A stretch of DNA of 64,000 nucleotides from Candidatus Omnitrophota bacterium (lineage in GTDB: Bacteria; Omnitrophota; Gorgyraeia; Duberdicusellales; 4484-171), in assembly GCA_016935525.1 (NCBI GenBank), contig JAFGQU010000004.1, positions 65,314 through 129,313 of the forward strand, read 5' to 3'. Position 1 is the first letter of the stretch, and each line of letters opens with the position of its first letter. Under the pieces are notes generated by a model that was not told where the DNA came from, did not search any database, and saw only the letters and a program-made list of their open reading frames with translations. Positions 51,357-59,849 of the stretch are shown one piece after another. The translations under genes were made by a program, and so were the position numbers.

Positions 51357-51384
51357 ATTATAGACGATATTGATAATAAATCAA
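51357..51384 (-). promoter_or_regulatory. Sigma70 promoter for fusA
   Basis: TTGATT-16-TATAAT on the minus strand, about 120 nt upstream of the start. Confidence 0.6.
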
Positions 51385-51438
51385 GGAAAGTTTTTGCACT
51401 TTGGAAAAAACAAAAGCCGGGACCACCCCAGTGAAGCC

Positions 51439-52044
51439 CTAACGGGCAAAGCGGGTCAATTGTTCCCACCATGTATTGAGATGGGTATTCTTGATCGTAG
51501 AAAAAAGACGCTTGGCCGGTACACTTTTAAGAAACCGGGGAGCTTTCTGCATGAATTTTTTCGCGCACGCGTATCCCTGTTCGTCATATTCTTTCGCCTG
51601 CAAGATGCATTCCAGGATATCGGCATCACGGGCAATAATACTTTCTGGAGTTTCCTGACGCACATATTCCCGGCGCAGACGGGTAAGTTCTTTTTTGATA
51701 CGGGGGGGAAGTCGATCGATCTGTTCGTAAAAAGCCGCCTCTTCAGCTTCCTCGATCTTCACATACCGTTGAGCCATCTTATGCAGATCCCCGATACGGG
51801 TTTCATGGATATCGTTAAATAACGCCATCGTCATCACTTTATAGGGATCGGCATCTGCCGCAAGCGCCAGGACAAATGCCAATACCGCACAACGGAAACT
51901 ATGCTCGGCCACACTTTCGGGATCCTTGACCCCTACCACCCACCAGCCCGAACGTTTTATCTGTTTCAGCAATCCCGCCTCGCTTAAAAACAAGGCCAGC
52001 GTTTCCATATCATTCTTTTTAGGTTTACGTTTCTTTTGCGCCAT
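51439..52044 (-). CDS. HD-domain phosphohydrolase (YfbR/HDDC2-like)
   Basis: LKQIKRSGW, ESVAEHSFR, ETRIGD, RDADILE; the HD motif reads ND here. Confidence 0.82.
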   Translation of the reverse strand: MAQKKRKPKKNDMETLALFLSEAGLLKQIKRSGWWVVGVKDPESVAEHSFRCAVLAFVLALAADADPYKVMTMALFNDIHETRIGDLHKMAQRYVKIEEAEEAAFYEQIDRLPPRIKKELTRLRREYVRQETPESIIARDADILECILQAKEYDEQGYACAKKFMQKAPRFLKSVPAKRLFSTIKNTHLNTWWEQLTRFAR

Positions 52045-52057
52045 ACTATTACATTAT

Positions 52058-52118
52058 AAATCCTAAATCCGAATATCGAAATCCTAAACAAATCCTAATT
52101 ACCAAAACATACAAAACA
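52058..52118 (+). repeat. Left 7-nt-periodic arm (AAATCCK units)
   Basis: AAATCCT AAATCCG AATATCG AAATCCT AAAC AAATCCT AATTACC AAAACAT; inverted counterpart at 52684-52741. Confidence 0.85.
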
Positions 52119-52158
52119 AGAAATAAAGAAAATTATCTATTATAAATACCTCACTGTC

Positions 52159-52650
52159 TTATTCCGAGAGCAAAGTTTCACATAAACAATCCCATGCTTT
52201 TAGGCCTTCTGCTCTTGCAGCCTTAGCAAGATTTTTATCAGCAGTAATTAATATAGGTTGGGATTCTCCTAAAAGCTTTCCAAAGATCCCTCTTTTCATA
52301 GTACATAACTGGAAGGCGTCGGATATATCTAAAGAATACTGTTTTGATAAAAATTCTACTTCTTGATATACGTTAACATCCCATATATCATCCCCCTTTA
52401 TAGAAAGACTATTATTTCTTAAATAGGCAAGGAGCAAGTAGGACGCAGAAAAGTATTCTTTTTCACTAATTACATTAGAATAAAAGCATTTAGTTTTTAA
52501 AACCCCCAGCGTTTCTGCAAAGCATATAGCAGTTGTATAGAAATTAGAATGATTTTTAAAATAATCTCTTATCGGGCCACTCCCTTCCTCCTTAACAATA
52601 AGTTTAATTAACGCAGAAGTATCTAAAAAATGTACCCGTATAATTTCCAT
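52159..52650 (-). CDS. PIN-domain (VapC-like) protein, no adjacent antitoxin
   Basis: FLDTSALIK, E, DAFQL, ITADKNLAKAA; visibly AT-rich compared with neighbours. Confidence 0.85.
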   Translation of the reverse strand: MEIIRVHFLDTSALIKLIVKEEGSGPIRDYFKNHSNFYTTAICFAETLGVLKTKCFYSNVISEKEYFSASYLLLAYLRNNSLSIKGDDIWDVNVYQEVEFLSKQYSLDISDAFQLCTMKRGIFGKLLGESQPILITADKNLAKAARAEGLKAWDCLCETLLSE

Positions 52651-52683
52651 ACCCTATCATCTCTTCTTATACTCTTCATCTCC

Positions 52684-52741
52684 GTTTAAGATTTTGGTCA
52701 TTCGGATTTGCTTCGTGCTTCGGATTTAGAATTTCGGATTT
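52684..52741 (-). repeat. Right 7-nt-periodic arm (inverted)
   Basis: Reverse complement reads AAATCCG AAATTCT AAATCCG AAGCACG AAGC AAATCCG AATGACC AAAATCT, the same 7-7-7-7-4-7-7-7 layout as the left arm. Confidence 0.85.
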
Positions 52742-53538
52742 TGTAAATTTTGTTGTTTGGTAATTTCATAACAAAACACCGCCGTACTCATCGCCACATT
52801 CAAAGAAAGCCGGGCCCCGGGCATCGGCAGGGTTATTTTTTTATCGAGCTGTTTGACGACCCCCGGACGGATACCGCTCCCCTCGGCCCCGACTACCAGA
52901 CATAACGGAAAAGGGAGACGGGCAGTATTGATATTTTCTCCGCCGTCGACCAAGGTACCGACCAGCCAATACCCGGCGTCTTTTATTTTATTGAACGCAT
53001 CCTGCGGATTCACCTGAGCAACCGGGACAAAATTTTCGCCGCCCGAAGCTATATGCAATACGGTCTCATTGATCGAACAGGCGCGATGCCGGGGGATAAT
53101 CAATCCGAACCCCCCAAAACAGGCGCATACTCTTAAAATCGCCCCCAGATTTACCGGATCTTCTATCCCATCGAGAAAGATCAAAGCGGACCTTTTGCCG
53201 GACTTTTCGGCAAGAAGATCTTCAAGTTCATGATACACAAACGGCTCGACTTCGGCGATAACGGTAAACGTACGTTCGCTGGGTAAAGACGAGTGAGCTC
53301 TCAGCTGTTTCATCGCACACAGAGAGATTGCCTGCGACGTGATCATTTTGATAAGACGCTGATCTTTAAAATTATCCCGGATATATATTCTCCTGATCGT
53401 ACGCGGAGCATGGATGATCCTGGTTTCTATAGAATTTTTTCCATATAAATATATCGATCTACGGGCGGGCGGGCGGGGATCCCGATACGTAAGATCCTTT
53501 TTATTATGTGATCTCCTCGGCATATTCAAGATACTCAA
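52726..53538 (-). CDS. SpoU/TrmH-family RNA 2'-O-methyltransferase (RlmB-like)
   Basis: LDGIEDPVNLGAILR, VVGAEGSGI, LPMPG..SLNVA. Confidence 0.88.
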   Translation of the reverse strand: MSILNMPRRSHNKKDLTYRDPRPPARRSIYLYGKNSIETRIIHAPRTIRRIYIRDNFKDQRLIKMITSQAISLCAMKQLRAHSSLPSERTFTVIAEVEPFVYHELEDLLAEKSGKRSALIFLDGIEDPVNLGAILRVCACFGGFGLIIPRHRACSINETVLHIASGGENFVPVAQVNPQDAFNKIKDAGYWLVGTLVDGGENINTARLPFPLCLVVGAEGSGIRPGVVKQLDKKITLPMPGARLSLNVAMSTAVFCYEITKQQNLQNPKF

Positions 53539-53553
53539 AGCCCCCTTTCTCTC

Positions 53554-54300
53554 CTATTGTACATGAATCGAGGCCTGTGAGTCAAAAGGATTGGTACGGA
53601 GTGCCAGTGAAAAAAGATAGGGGTACGACTCCTTTAGATGCCGCAGATACCCTACCCATTCGGCGACAAGACGGGCATACACCCGTTTTATATCTCCGGT
53701 GAGATGGGTATAGTCGGTATCCGGCAAAGAAGTAAGCTCATCCCGATGCATGAGTTCTTCAGTCAAGTGAGTCACGGCCCACAACAGGTCCGTAAACGAA
53801 TCGTGTTCAAGTAAGTGGGAGTTCTCCAGCAACCTCAGGAGAAAATCCTTTTTTTGCCTACAGAATTCTCTCACATCATCCAGGTTTTCGCGACGCATTG
53901 CTATAGTGTAAGGATATTCCCGCATACGTTTCTCGACGGCAAGAAACCGCTTTTTAGACCAGGAATTATCGATCAATAACTGTTCAGACAATTTTCCCGG
54001 GTCGGTTTGAAATCCGGTCAACTTTTTAAGTAATACGGTCCCCACTTCACTGAAAAAAACTCCGATCACCATATTCATCTTTTTCAAAAGGATCATTTTT
54101 TCACGTTGATGAAGCAATCGGTGGATGATCAAGGTGACCAGAAGCACCTCAACCGGCACAAAGGCGATATCTCCCACCAAATAGATAAAAATATGGTGGG
54201 CATCATGAAACATAAGGTAATGAGCGAAATACATAGCCGCCGAAAGACCTACAAGAACCACACCTAACATTATCTGCCAATTGATTTTTCTCATTACCAA
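53554..54300 (-). CDS. Conserved hypothetical membrane protein
   Basis: Two N-terminal TMs; NMVIGVFFSEVG, LLEHDSFTDLLWAVTHL, YPYLFSL...NPF. Confidence 0.78.
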   Translation of the reverse strand: MVMRKINWQIMLGVVLVGLSAAMYFAHYLMFHDAHHIFIYLVGDIAFVPVEVLLVTLIIHRLLHQREKMILLKKMNMVIGVFFSEVGTVLLKKLTGFQTDPGKLSEQLLIDNSWSKKRFLAVEKRMREYPYTIAMRRENLDDVREFCRQKKDFLLRLLENSHLLEHDSFTDLLWAVTHLTEELMHRDELTSLPDTDYTHLTGDIKRVYARLVAEWVGYLRHLKESYPYLFSLALRTNPFDSQASIHVQ

Positions 54301-54327
54301 AAGAGGGGTTTATCCCCCCTTCCCTTC

Positions 54328-54510
54328 TTACGCATCAAACTGGCTTGCTCCGTGGTATTGCTTCCACTGAGGACCGTATTTGATGATCCATTCGACCGCG
54401 GCACTGGCAAATCCTATTTCCCGGTTTGACTTTTCGCTTTCGATCCATTTATGTTTACGGATCTCATCTAAGACCCGCGGATCTTTTAAATAATTATAAG
54501 ACTTATCCAT
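54328..54510 (-). CDS. Small DUF4032-like protein
   Basis: AAGGAG RBS; EIRKHKWIESEK...IGF..A..EWI..Y motif. Confidence 0.7.
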   Translation of the reverse strand: MDKSYNYLKDPRVLDEIRKHKWIESEKSNREIGFASAAVEWIIKYGPQWKQYHGASQFDA

Positions 54511-54611
54511 AGCTCTACTCCTTTCTCACGGGGGGATTATTCAATTATAATAGGAGATTTTAAGAAGTCAATCTTTAATGAATATTTGACGGGGAAATAT
54601 TCTTTGGGTTA

Positions 54612-54695
54612 GCCCGTTTTCCCGTGTACCCGTTCTCTGAAACGGGAAATCCCGCCAAAGGCGGGATAACGCGAGAACGGGCAAATGCGTGAACG
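54612..54695. repeat. 8-nt-periodic CCCGTT/AACGGG inverted arms with an embedded REP-like hairpin
   Basis: GCCCGTTT TCCCGTGT ACCCGTTC ... AAACGGGA, TAACGCGA GAACGGGC; ATCCCGCC-AAA-GGCGGGAT at 54649-54667. Confidence 0.7.
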
Positions 54696-54696
54696 A

Positions 54697-56613
54697 TTAA
54701 ATATCAAGGAATTGCGTTTTTAATTTATCGATTTGAGAATCTATCTTCGCTATTTTGTGTTCTATTTTATCCGCCTTTTTCTGGTATTCTTTTTTTACCG
54801 CTTCATCATGCGTAGGATTGGAAAGAATGCGCTGTTTTACCGATAATTCTATTTCCAGCTTTTCTTTGTTCTTGCGTAAACTTTTTATTCTTTTGGAGAT
54901 CTCCGCATTATGGACGCGGAGTTTTTTTTCTTTTTCTTTTTTCTGTACCCGCTCGATTTTCTTCTGTTCCTTGCGGTTCACGACCGGTCCATCTCTATAG
55001 GCTACTCTATCTCCCTGCGGTTGCGATTCGTTATGTTTCTTCTTTTCAAGGTAATAATCGAATTTTCCGGGATATTTACGGACACATCCGGCTTTGACAT
55101 CATAGACGGTATTGGCTACCGACCGGACAAAATGGACATCGTGACTGATACATACCAGCGTCCCCTCATACACATTCAAAGCCCGGATCAACGCATCTAC
55201 CGCATCGACATCCAGATGGGTAGTCGGTTCGTCTAAAAGCAAAAAGTTCGGCGGATTGATGAGAAGTTTTGCCAGATTAAGCCGTGATTTCTCTCCGCCG
55301 GATAAAACCTTTACCATTTTTTCGACATCATCTCCGGTAAATAAAAATGTCCCCAATATCGTCCGGAGAGCCTCCTGCCGCATATCGCCTGGTGCCACAC
55401 TGTAAGCTTCTTCCAATACCGTATTTTGTGGATTGAGGATATCCATCCTATCCTGAGAAAAATAACCTACCTCTACTTTATGCCCGAGGATCCGGTTGCC
55501 TTTATCCACCGGCACTACCCCGGCAAGGATCTTGAGTAATGTCGATTTCCCCGCGCCGTTGGGCCCGGTAAGCACCGCTTTTTCTCCCCGGATGATCTCG
55601 AAATCGAAATCTTTATATACCTGAATAGGACCGTAAGACTTATCGATCCTTTCGAGTTTGACGACCCGGTAGCCGCTGGCGGTGGTTTTGGAAAAATGGA
55701 AATTACGTACGCTCTCGGTACGGTCGGGAGGTATTTCGATCGTCTCCATTTTCTCCAGTACCCTTTTTTTCGCCCTCACTTGCGCCGCTTTATTCGGTTG
55801 AGCATGAAAACGGGAAACGAATAGTTCCAGTTGCTGACGTTTCTTTTCCTGTTCGCGGGATTGTTTAAGGAGATGTTCCCGTTGCTGTTGTTTGATCGAC
55901 CGGTAATGCTCATAATTCCCGGCCATTTTCTCGAGATTCGCATGTTCAAGAACGAGCGTGGAATTCGTCACCTCATCCAAAAACGCCCGGTCATGAGAAA
56001 TCATAATAAAAGTGCCTTCAAAACCGGCAAGATAATCTTTAAACCATAACGTCGCATCGAGATCAAGATAGTTCGTCGGTTCATCCAAAAGCAGCAGGTC
56101 ATACGTACAGGTTAAAAGTTTTGCTAAAAGCACTCTCATCTGCCACCCCCCGCTTAACTCGACGATAGGCCGGTGGAAATCGGTTTCGGTAAAACCTAAT
56201 CCGGATAATATCTTTTCTCCCTTATGCTGTAATTGAAAATATCCCAGATGTTCCAGTTCCGAAATAACTTCGCTATAACGGTGGGTTATCGCGCGGTTTT
56301 CCTGCTCTAACTGGTCCCGTTCTTTACAGAGCTGTACGATATGCCCGTCGGCCCGCATCAATTCCCCCATCACCGTATGGGTAGAATGGAATTGTTTTTC
56401 CTGAGGAAGGTATCCGATACGTGTACCGCGCGCTACCTGGATCGTCCCACCGGATATCTCTTCTTTTTGCAGAATGATCCTGAATAACGTCGATTTTCCC
56501 GCGCCGTTGGGCCCGATCAGGCCGATCTTTTCGCCACGGTTGACAGCCAGGTTCACATCCTGGAGAAGATACTTTCCGGAAAATTGTTTTGCCACGTTAT
56601 TCAGAATAATCAT
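54697..56613 (-). CDS. ABC-F family ATPase
   Basis: Two GPNGAGKST Walker A motifs, LSGGW/LSGGE, LLLDEPT twice, coiled-coil C-terminus, no TM. Confidence 0.93.
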   Translation of the reverse strand: MIILNNVAKQFSGKYLLQDVNLAVNRGEKIGLIGPNGAGKSTLFRIILQKEEISGGTIQVARGTRIGYLPQEKQFHSTHTVMGELMRADGHIVQLCKERDQLEQENRAITHRYSEVISELEHLGYFQLQHKGEKILSGLGFTETDFHRPIVELSGGWQMRVLLAKLLTCTYDLLLLDEPTNYLDLDATLWFKDYLAGFEGTFIMISHDRAFLDEVTNSTLVLEHANLEKMAGNYEHYRSIKQQQREHLLKQSREQEKKRQQLELFVSRFHAQPNKAAQVRAKKRVLEKMETIEIPPDRTESVRNFHFSKTTASGYRVVKLERIDKSYGPIQVYKDFDFEIIRGEKAVLTGPNGAGKSTLLKILAGVVPVDKGNRILGHKVEVGYFSQDRMDILNPQNTVLEEAYSVAPGDMRQEALRTILGTFLFTGDDVEKMVKVLSGGEKSRLNLAKLLINPPNFLLLDEPTTHLDVDAVDALIRALNVYEGTLVCISHDVHFVRSVANTVYDVKAGCVRKYPGKFDYYLEKKKHNESQPQGDRVAYRDGPVVNRKEQKKIERVQKKEKEKKLRVHNAEISKRIKSLRKNKEKLEIELSVKQRILSNPTHDEAVKKEYQKKADKIEHKIAKIDSQIDKLKTQFLDI

Positions 56614-56671
56614 CTTGCACGTACCTCACCATACATCCTAAGGGGAATGAGAGTAAAAGGGGGGTAGATTT

Positions 56672-57487
56672 TCAGTATTCTATTTTTGCGATATCGGATT
56701 TTTTGATAGTAACGCGCCCTTCACCTTTACCTAAATCAAGTTTTACGATAATCCTGTCTCCTAATTCCTGGATAATATTCCCTTTAATTATCCGTCCGCT
56801 CTTAAGCACGATCGTCGCGGCATCTTTTTCTTCGACTTTAATACTGATATTCTTAAACCGGGCAGCAAATTCCGTGATGATTTCCTGGGGAATAAACCGG
56901 TAAATCCCATACAACGCCCCGATGACAAAGAGGAGTCCGAACACCACCTTCAGGAAAGAAAGCACACGCAGATGTTTCATCTTACCTGCGGAAGTCGCTA
57001 TTCCCCGGCCGTGACGTTTAGAATAATATAATGCTTCGTCAGCCCGGCGAAAAAGGATATCGACCGAAGTCCCGTCTGCAGGGTACGACGAGATACCGCA
57101 ACTCATACACAACTTAAACATTTTCCCCTGATAAATAAACGGACTGTGATCGATATTATACATACAACGTAATGATAATTTAAAAGCCTCTTTGCCGGTA
57201 AGAGCAGGAAGCACTATCACGAATTCATCTCCTCCGTAACGGAAAATCGCGCCTTTTTCCTGAATAGTATACCGTAACACGTTCGACAGGTGTTTCAACA
57301 CTTCGTCGCCGAACTGATGACCGTAACGGTCATTAAACTTTTTAAAATGGTCCAGGTCAATGATCACCAATGACGCGGATTTCTGGTTGGATTGGGCTTT
57401 CGCCAGCGCTTCTTCCAGAAACGGCACGAGCGCCTCTCTGCGGTAAAACCCGGTTAAAGCATCTTTATGCGTATGTTCAAGTATCAT
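56672..57487 (-). CDS. Diguanylate cyclase (N-terminal GGDEF, C-terminal TM + small beta domain)
   Basis: DALTG, DLDHFKKFND.YGH, RYGGDEF, ADEALY; TM VVFGLLFVIGALYGIY. Confidence 0.88.
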   Translation of the reverse strand: MILEHTHKDALTGFYRREALVPFLEEALAKAQSNQKSASLVIIDLDHFKKFNDRYGHQFGDEVLKHLSNVLRYTIQEKGAIFRYGGDEFVIVLPALTGKEAFKLSLRCMYNIDHSPFIYQGKMFKLCMSCGISSYPADGTSVDILFRRADEALYYSKRHGRGIATSAGKMKHLRVLSFLKVVFGLLFVIGALYGIYRFIPQEIITEFAARFKNISIKVEEKDAATIVLKSGRIIKGNIIQELGDRIIVKLDLGKGEGRVTIKKSDIAKIEY

Positions 57488-57710
57488 ATCGAGTCGGATC
57501 TGTCGGAAAGATCGTTAATGTCTTGATATATAATAGCCTAATCCGAGCGGGGCTTTTTTTCAAGCACTTTTTTGAGTTCTTCCCCACTGTACAAAGAATA
57601 GGGAAGGACTTGATTACAGAGATTTCAGAAAAGATGACAGTGATTTTTACAATATGCTCAGTATTATTTTAATTGTATAATTCAAGAGATCTGTGTACAC
57701 CGGAGAAATG

Positions 57711-57740
57711 TAACCACAGAGCTCATAGAGTTGTACAGAG
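57711..57740 (+). repeat. Unpaired left CACAGAG-type arm
   Basis: TAACCACAGAGCTCATAGAGTTGTACAGAG, near-identical to arms at 33126 and 58517. Confidence 0.75.
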
Positions 57741-57793
57741 AAGATACACTTACATAAAATCCGGGAAAGTTTCTTTTTTTGAACGATACCGAT

Positions 57794-58228
57794 TTAATTC
57801 TGTATGAGCAAAGTGATTTCTACCGGAATAAGTCCGCGATCAAGCGAAGCAATACGGGCAAATGCGGCACGGGTCAGATCGATTATTCTGCCGTTTTTTA
57901 CCAAACGTCTTGCCGGGCCACGATCGTTGACCCGTACCACTACGTATTTGCCGTTCTCAAGGTTTTTCACTTTGATCAGAGTATTAAACGGCACGTCCCA
58001 TAAGGCACAGGTAAGCTGAGAATCATCGAATTTTTCCATATTCGCCGTGGTGGGAAGGATCCCGGGATCGGTCTCGGAATACCATGAAGCTACTCCCTGT
58101 TGAGAGATGTGCTCATCAAATTGAGCCGTTATTTCCTGGGAAAAACCGGGAAATACAAAGAAGATCAGGGTACATATGCCCAAAAAGACGGCGATGAACC
58201 GCGTGTGAGAGGCAAATAAAAAACCCAT
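57794..58228 (-). CDS. RlpA-like (DPBB) lytic transglycosylase family protein
   Basis: GVASWY, TANMEKF, VRVNDRGP, RIIDLT; start moved to 58228 because the longer ORF overlaps the riboswitch. Confidence 0.85.
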   Translation of the reverse strand: MGFLFASHTRFIAVFLGICTLIFFVFPGFSQEITAQFDEHISQQGVASWYSETDPGILPTTANMEKFDDSQLTCALWDVPFNTLIKVKNLENGKYVVVRVNDRGPARRLVKNGRIIDLTRAAFARIASLDRGLIPVEITLLIQN

Positions 58229-58248
58229 CTTAAGCTTAAAGATGGGTT
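58214..58248 (-). terminator. Riboswitch expression platform: terminator-like hairpin containing the probable start codon
   Basis: AACCCATCTT-loop-AAGATGGGTT followed by TTTTATTT on the minus strand. Confidence 0.7.
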
Positions 58249-58264
58249 GAATTATGAAACGTAC

Positions 58265-58350
58265 CAGTGGCAACCGGGCTACCATAGGATTCCTCCTTTA
58301 GGTCCAAGGCTTTGCGTCCCCCGATTTCTCGGAGTTTGCCTTTTTCACTT
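58265..58350 (-). ncRNA. c-di-GMP-I (GEMM) riboswitch
   Basis: Minus strand GGCAAA-CTCCGA-GAAA-TCGGGG-GACGCAAAGCC...CCTAAAGG...ATGGTAGCCCGGTTGCC; G at the G20-equivalent position favours c-di-GMP over 3',3'-cGAMP. Confidence 0.93.
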
Positions 58351-58516
58351 TGAGAGACTGGTATATTTTATCAGTCCCTAAATTGTCAATTATCTCCTAC
58401 ATTCTACCTAATATATGCCATATATACGGCCAGAAAATCAAGGCCCCGGCAGAAAAAAAACAATCTTTGGTTACAATGTATTATTCAGGGGGTGTCTTCA
58501 CAGAATGGATGCATTG

Positions 58517-58760
58517 TAACCACGGAGAACACAGAGTTTCACAGAGAGAATACAGAAGATATTTGGGCTCGCGCTTTTATGATATAAAAGCGTGTTTCTT
58601 TGCAAAAACAATGAATAGCGGGGAATATGATTTCCGGCTTTCTGTGGTTTTTGCAAAGATGCCCCATCGATATTCGACGGGGATACACCAAATATCTTCT
58701 GTACGCCGAGATTGAAAAATCTCATTTTTACCTCTGTGAACTCCGTGCACTCTGTGGTGA
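58517..58760. repeat. Structured repeat copy B: CACAGAG inverted arms enclosing a four-way-junction palindrome
   Basis: Arms 58517-58546 and 58732-58760; stems 58551-58566/58688-58703, 58570-58594, 58598-58609/58647-58658, 58662-58682; homologous to copy A. Confidence 0.85.
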
Positions 58761-58823
58761 AATTTCCCTAGTTGTAAATAAATCTCTTAAATTATTCAGT
58801 TATACAAGGGGGGAAGAGAAGAA

Positions 58824-59849
58824 TTAGACTGAGGAGTGTCTCTGGAAAGCGTAAGAAACTATTTTTTCAAGCAATTTCGGATAGGGGATCCCGGCTTTTT
58901 TTGCCGCTTCAGAAAATTCGTCATCTCTATTTAAAGAAGGATTCGCATTTGCCTCCAGAATATAAATACGCGCATCGGGAGTTACCCGGATATCAAAACG
59001 GGCATATCCGCCCATATTCAATACGCGATACGCTCGTTTAAAGACATCGGTAATACCTTTTTCTAATCCTTGCGGCAGTTTACCGGCGAACATGTTCTTT
59101 ATCCCCCATTTTTCCCGGTAATCGTTATCCCATTTCGCTTTATACGTAGCGATCTGAGGTTCATCATCGGGAAATTTCCCGAATTTCATCTCCCGTAACG
59201 GCAGGATCTTAATACGTTTGTTGCCCATCATACTTACATAGAGTTCCCGGCCGGTGATGTATTCTTCGGCAATCGCATCCATATTCATGTTCTCATGAAT
59301 AAACTTTACCCGTTCGATCAAACCAGCTTCGGAATCAACGACCGAGGCGAGCGAAATACCGCGCGATGCTTCTTCACATAACGGTTTTACGATCAAAGGA
59401 AGCCTCAGGCGTTTTAACAGCCATATCTTATGGTTACGGAAAAAAGCATAAAACCGCGGGACCCGGATACGATGATAACTCAGGATTTTCTTACTGAGCG
59501 CTTTATCGTTACAGATAAAAAGAGTCCCGGAAGAAGCTCCGGTGAAAGGGATCCCGATCAATTCCAAAAGTGAAACCACATTTTTATCTAACTGGGTTTT
59601 TTGAGCGAACACCTCAACAAGATTAAAGATCACATCCGGACGGTTTTCTTTTACCTCCTCTAACAGAGGAGTAATATCATTATATAATCCTAAAAGTGAG
59701 ACCTGATGACCTGAAGACTTCAGGGCTTTATAGGCGTACGCTTCGGTATCCCAGTCCGGATCATTAAAAAATTCGTCTTTAAACTCGTAGCCGCGCGGCG
59801 TAAGATAAGGGACATCAAAAAGAAGCAAAATCTTGAACTTCTTTCTCAT
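58824..59849 (-). CDS. D-Ala-D-Ala ligase-like ATP-grasp amide ligase
   Basis: IPFTG, DKALSK, IVKP..EEASRGI, EEYITGRE, YARFDIR, LEANANP; lacks the Ddl N-terminal GGxSxE motif. Confidence 0.85.
   Translation of the reverse strand: MRKKFKILLLFDVPYLTPRGYEFKDEFFNDPDWDTEAYAYKALKSSGHQVSLLGLYNDITPLLEEVKENRPDVIFNLVEVFAQKTQLDKNVVSLLELIGIPFTGASSGTLFICNDKALSKKILSYHRIRVPRFYAFFRNHKIWLLKRLRLPLIVKPLCEEASRGISLASVVDSEAGLIERVKFIHENMNMDAIAEEYITGRELYVSMMGNKRIKILPLREMKFGKFPDDEPQIATYKAKWDNDYREKWGIKNMFAGKLPQGLEKGITDVFKRAYRVLNMGGYARFDIRVTPDARIYILEANANPSLNRDDEFSEAAKKAGIPYPKLLEKIVSYAFQRHSSV

Noticed and set aside
55543-56516. About 25-nt near-identical direct repeat
   Set aside because: Simply the two Walker A (GPNGAGKS) coding segments of the ABC-F gene
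58229-58285. N-terminal extension of rlpA in the ORF track
   Set aside because: Overlaps the riboswitch aptamer and expression platform
33126-58760. Short periodic repeats as a possible CRISPR array
   Set aside because: Units are 7-9 nt, contiguous and inverted, with no 25-40 nt repeat-spacer alternation and no cas genes
58350-58827. Several overlapping short ORFs (121, 75, 66 aa)
   Set aside because: All coincide with repeat copy B and the rlpA promoter region; likely spurious
58824-59849. Calling this gene ddl
   Set aside because: Lacks the N-terminal GGxSxE D-Ala site and cell-wall gene context
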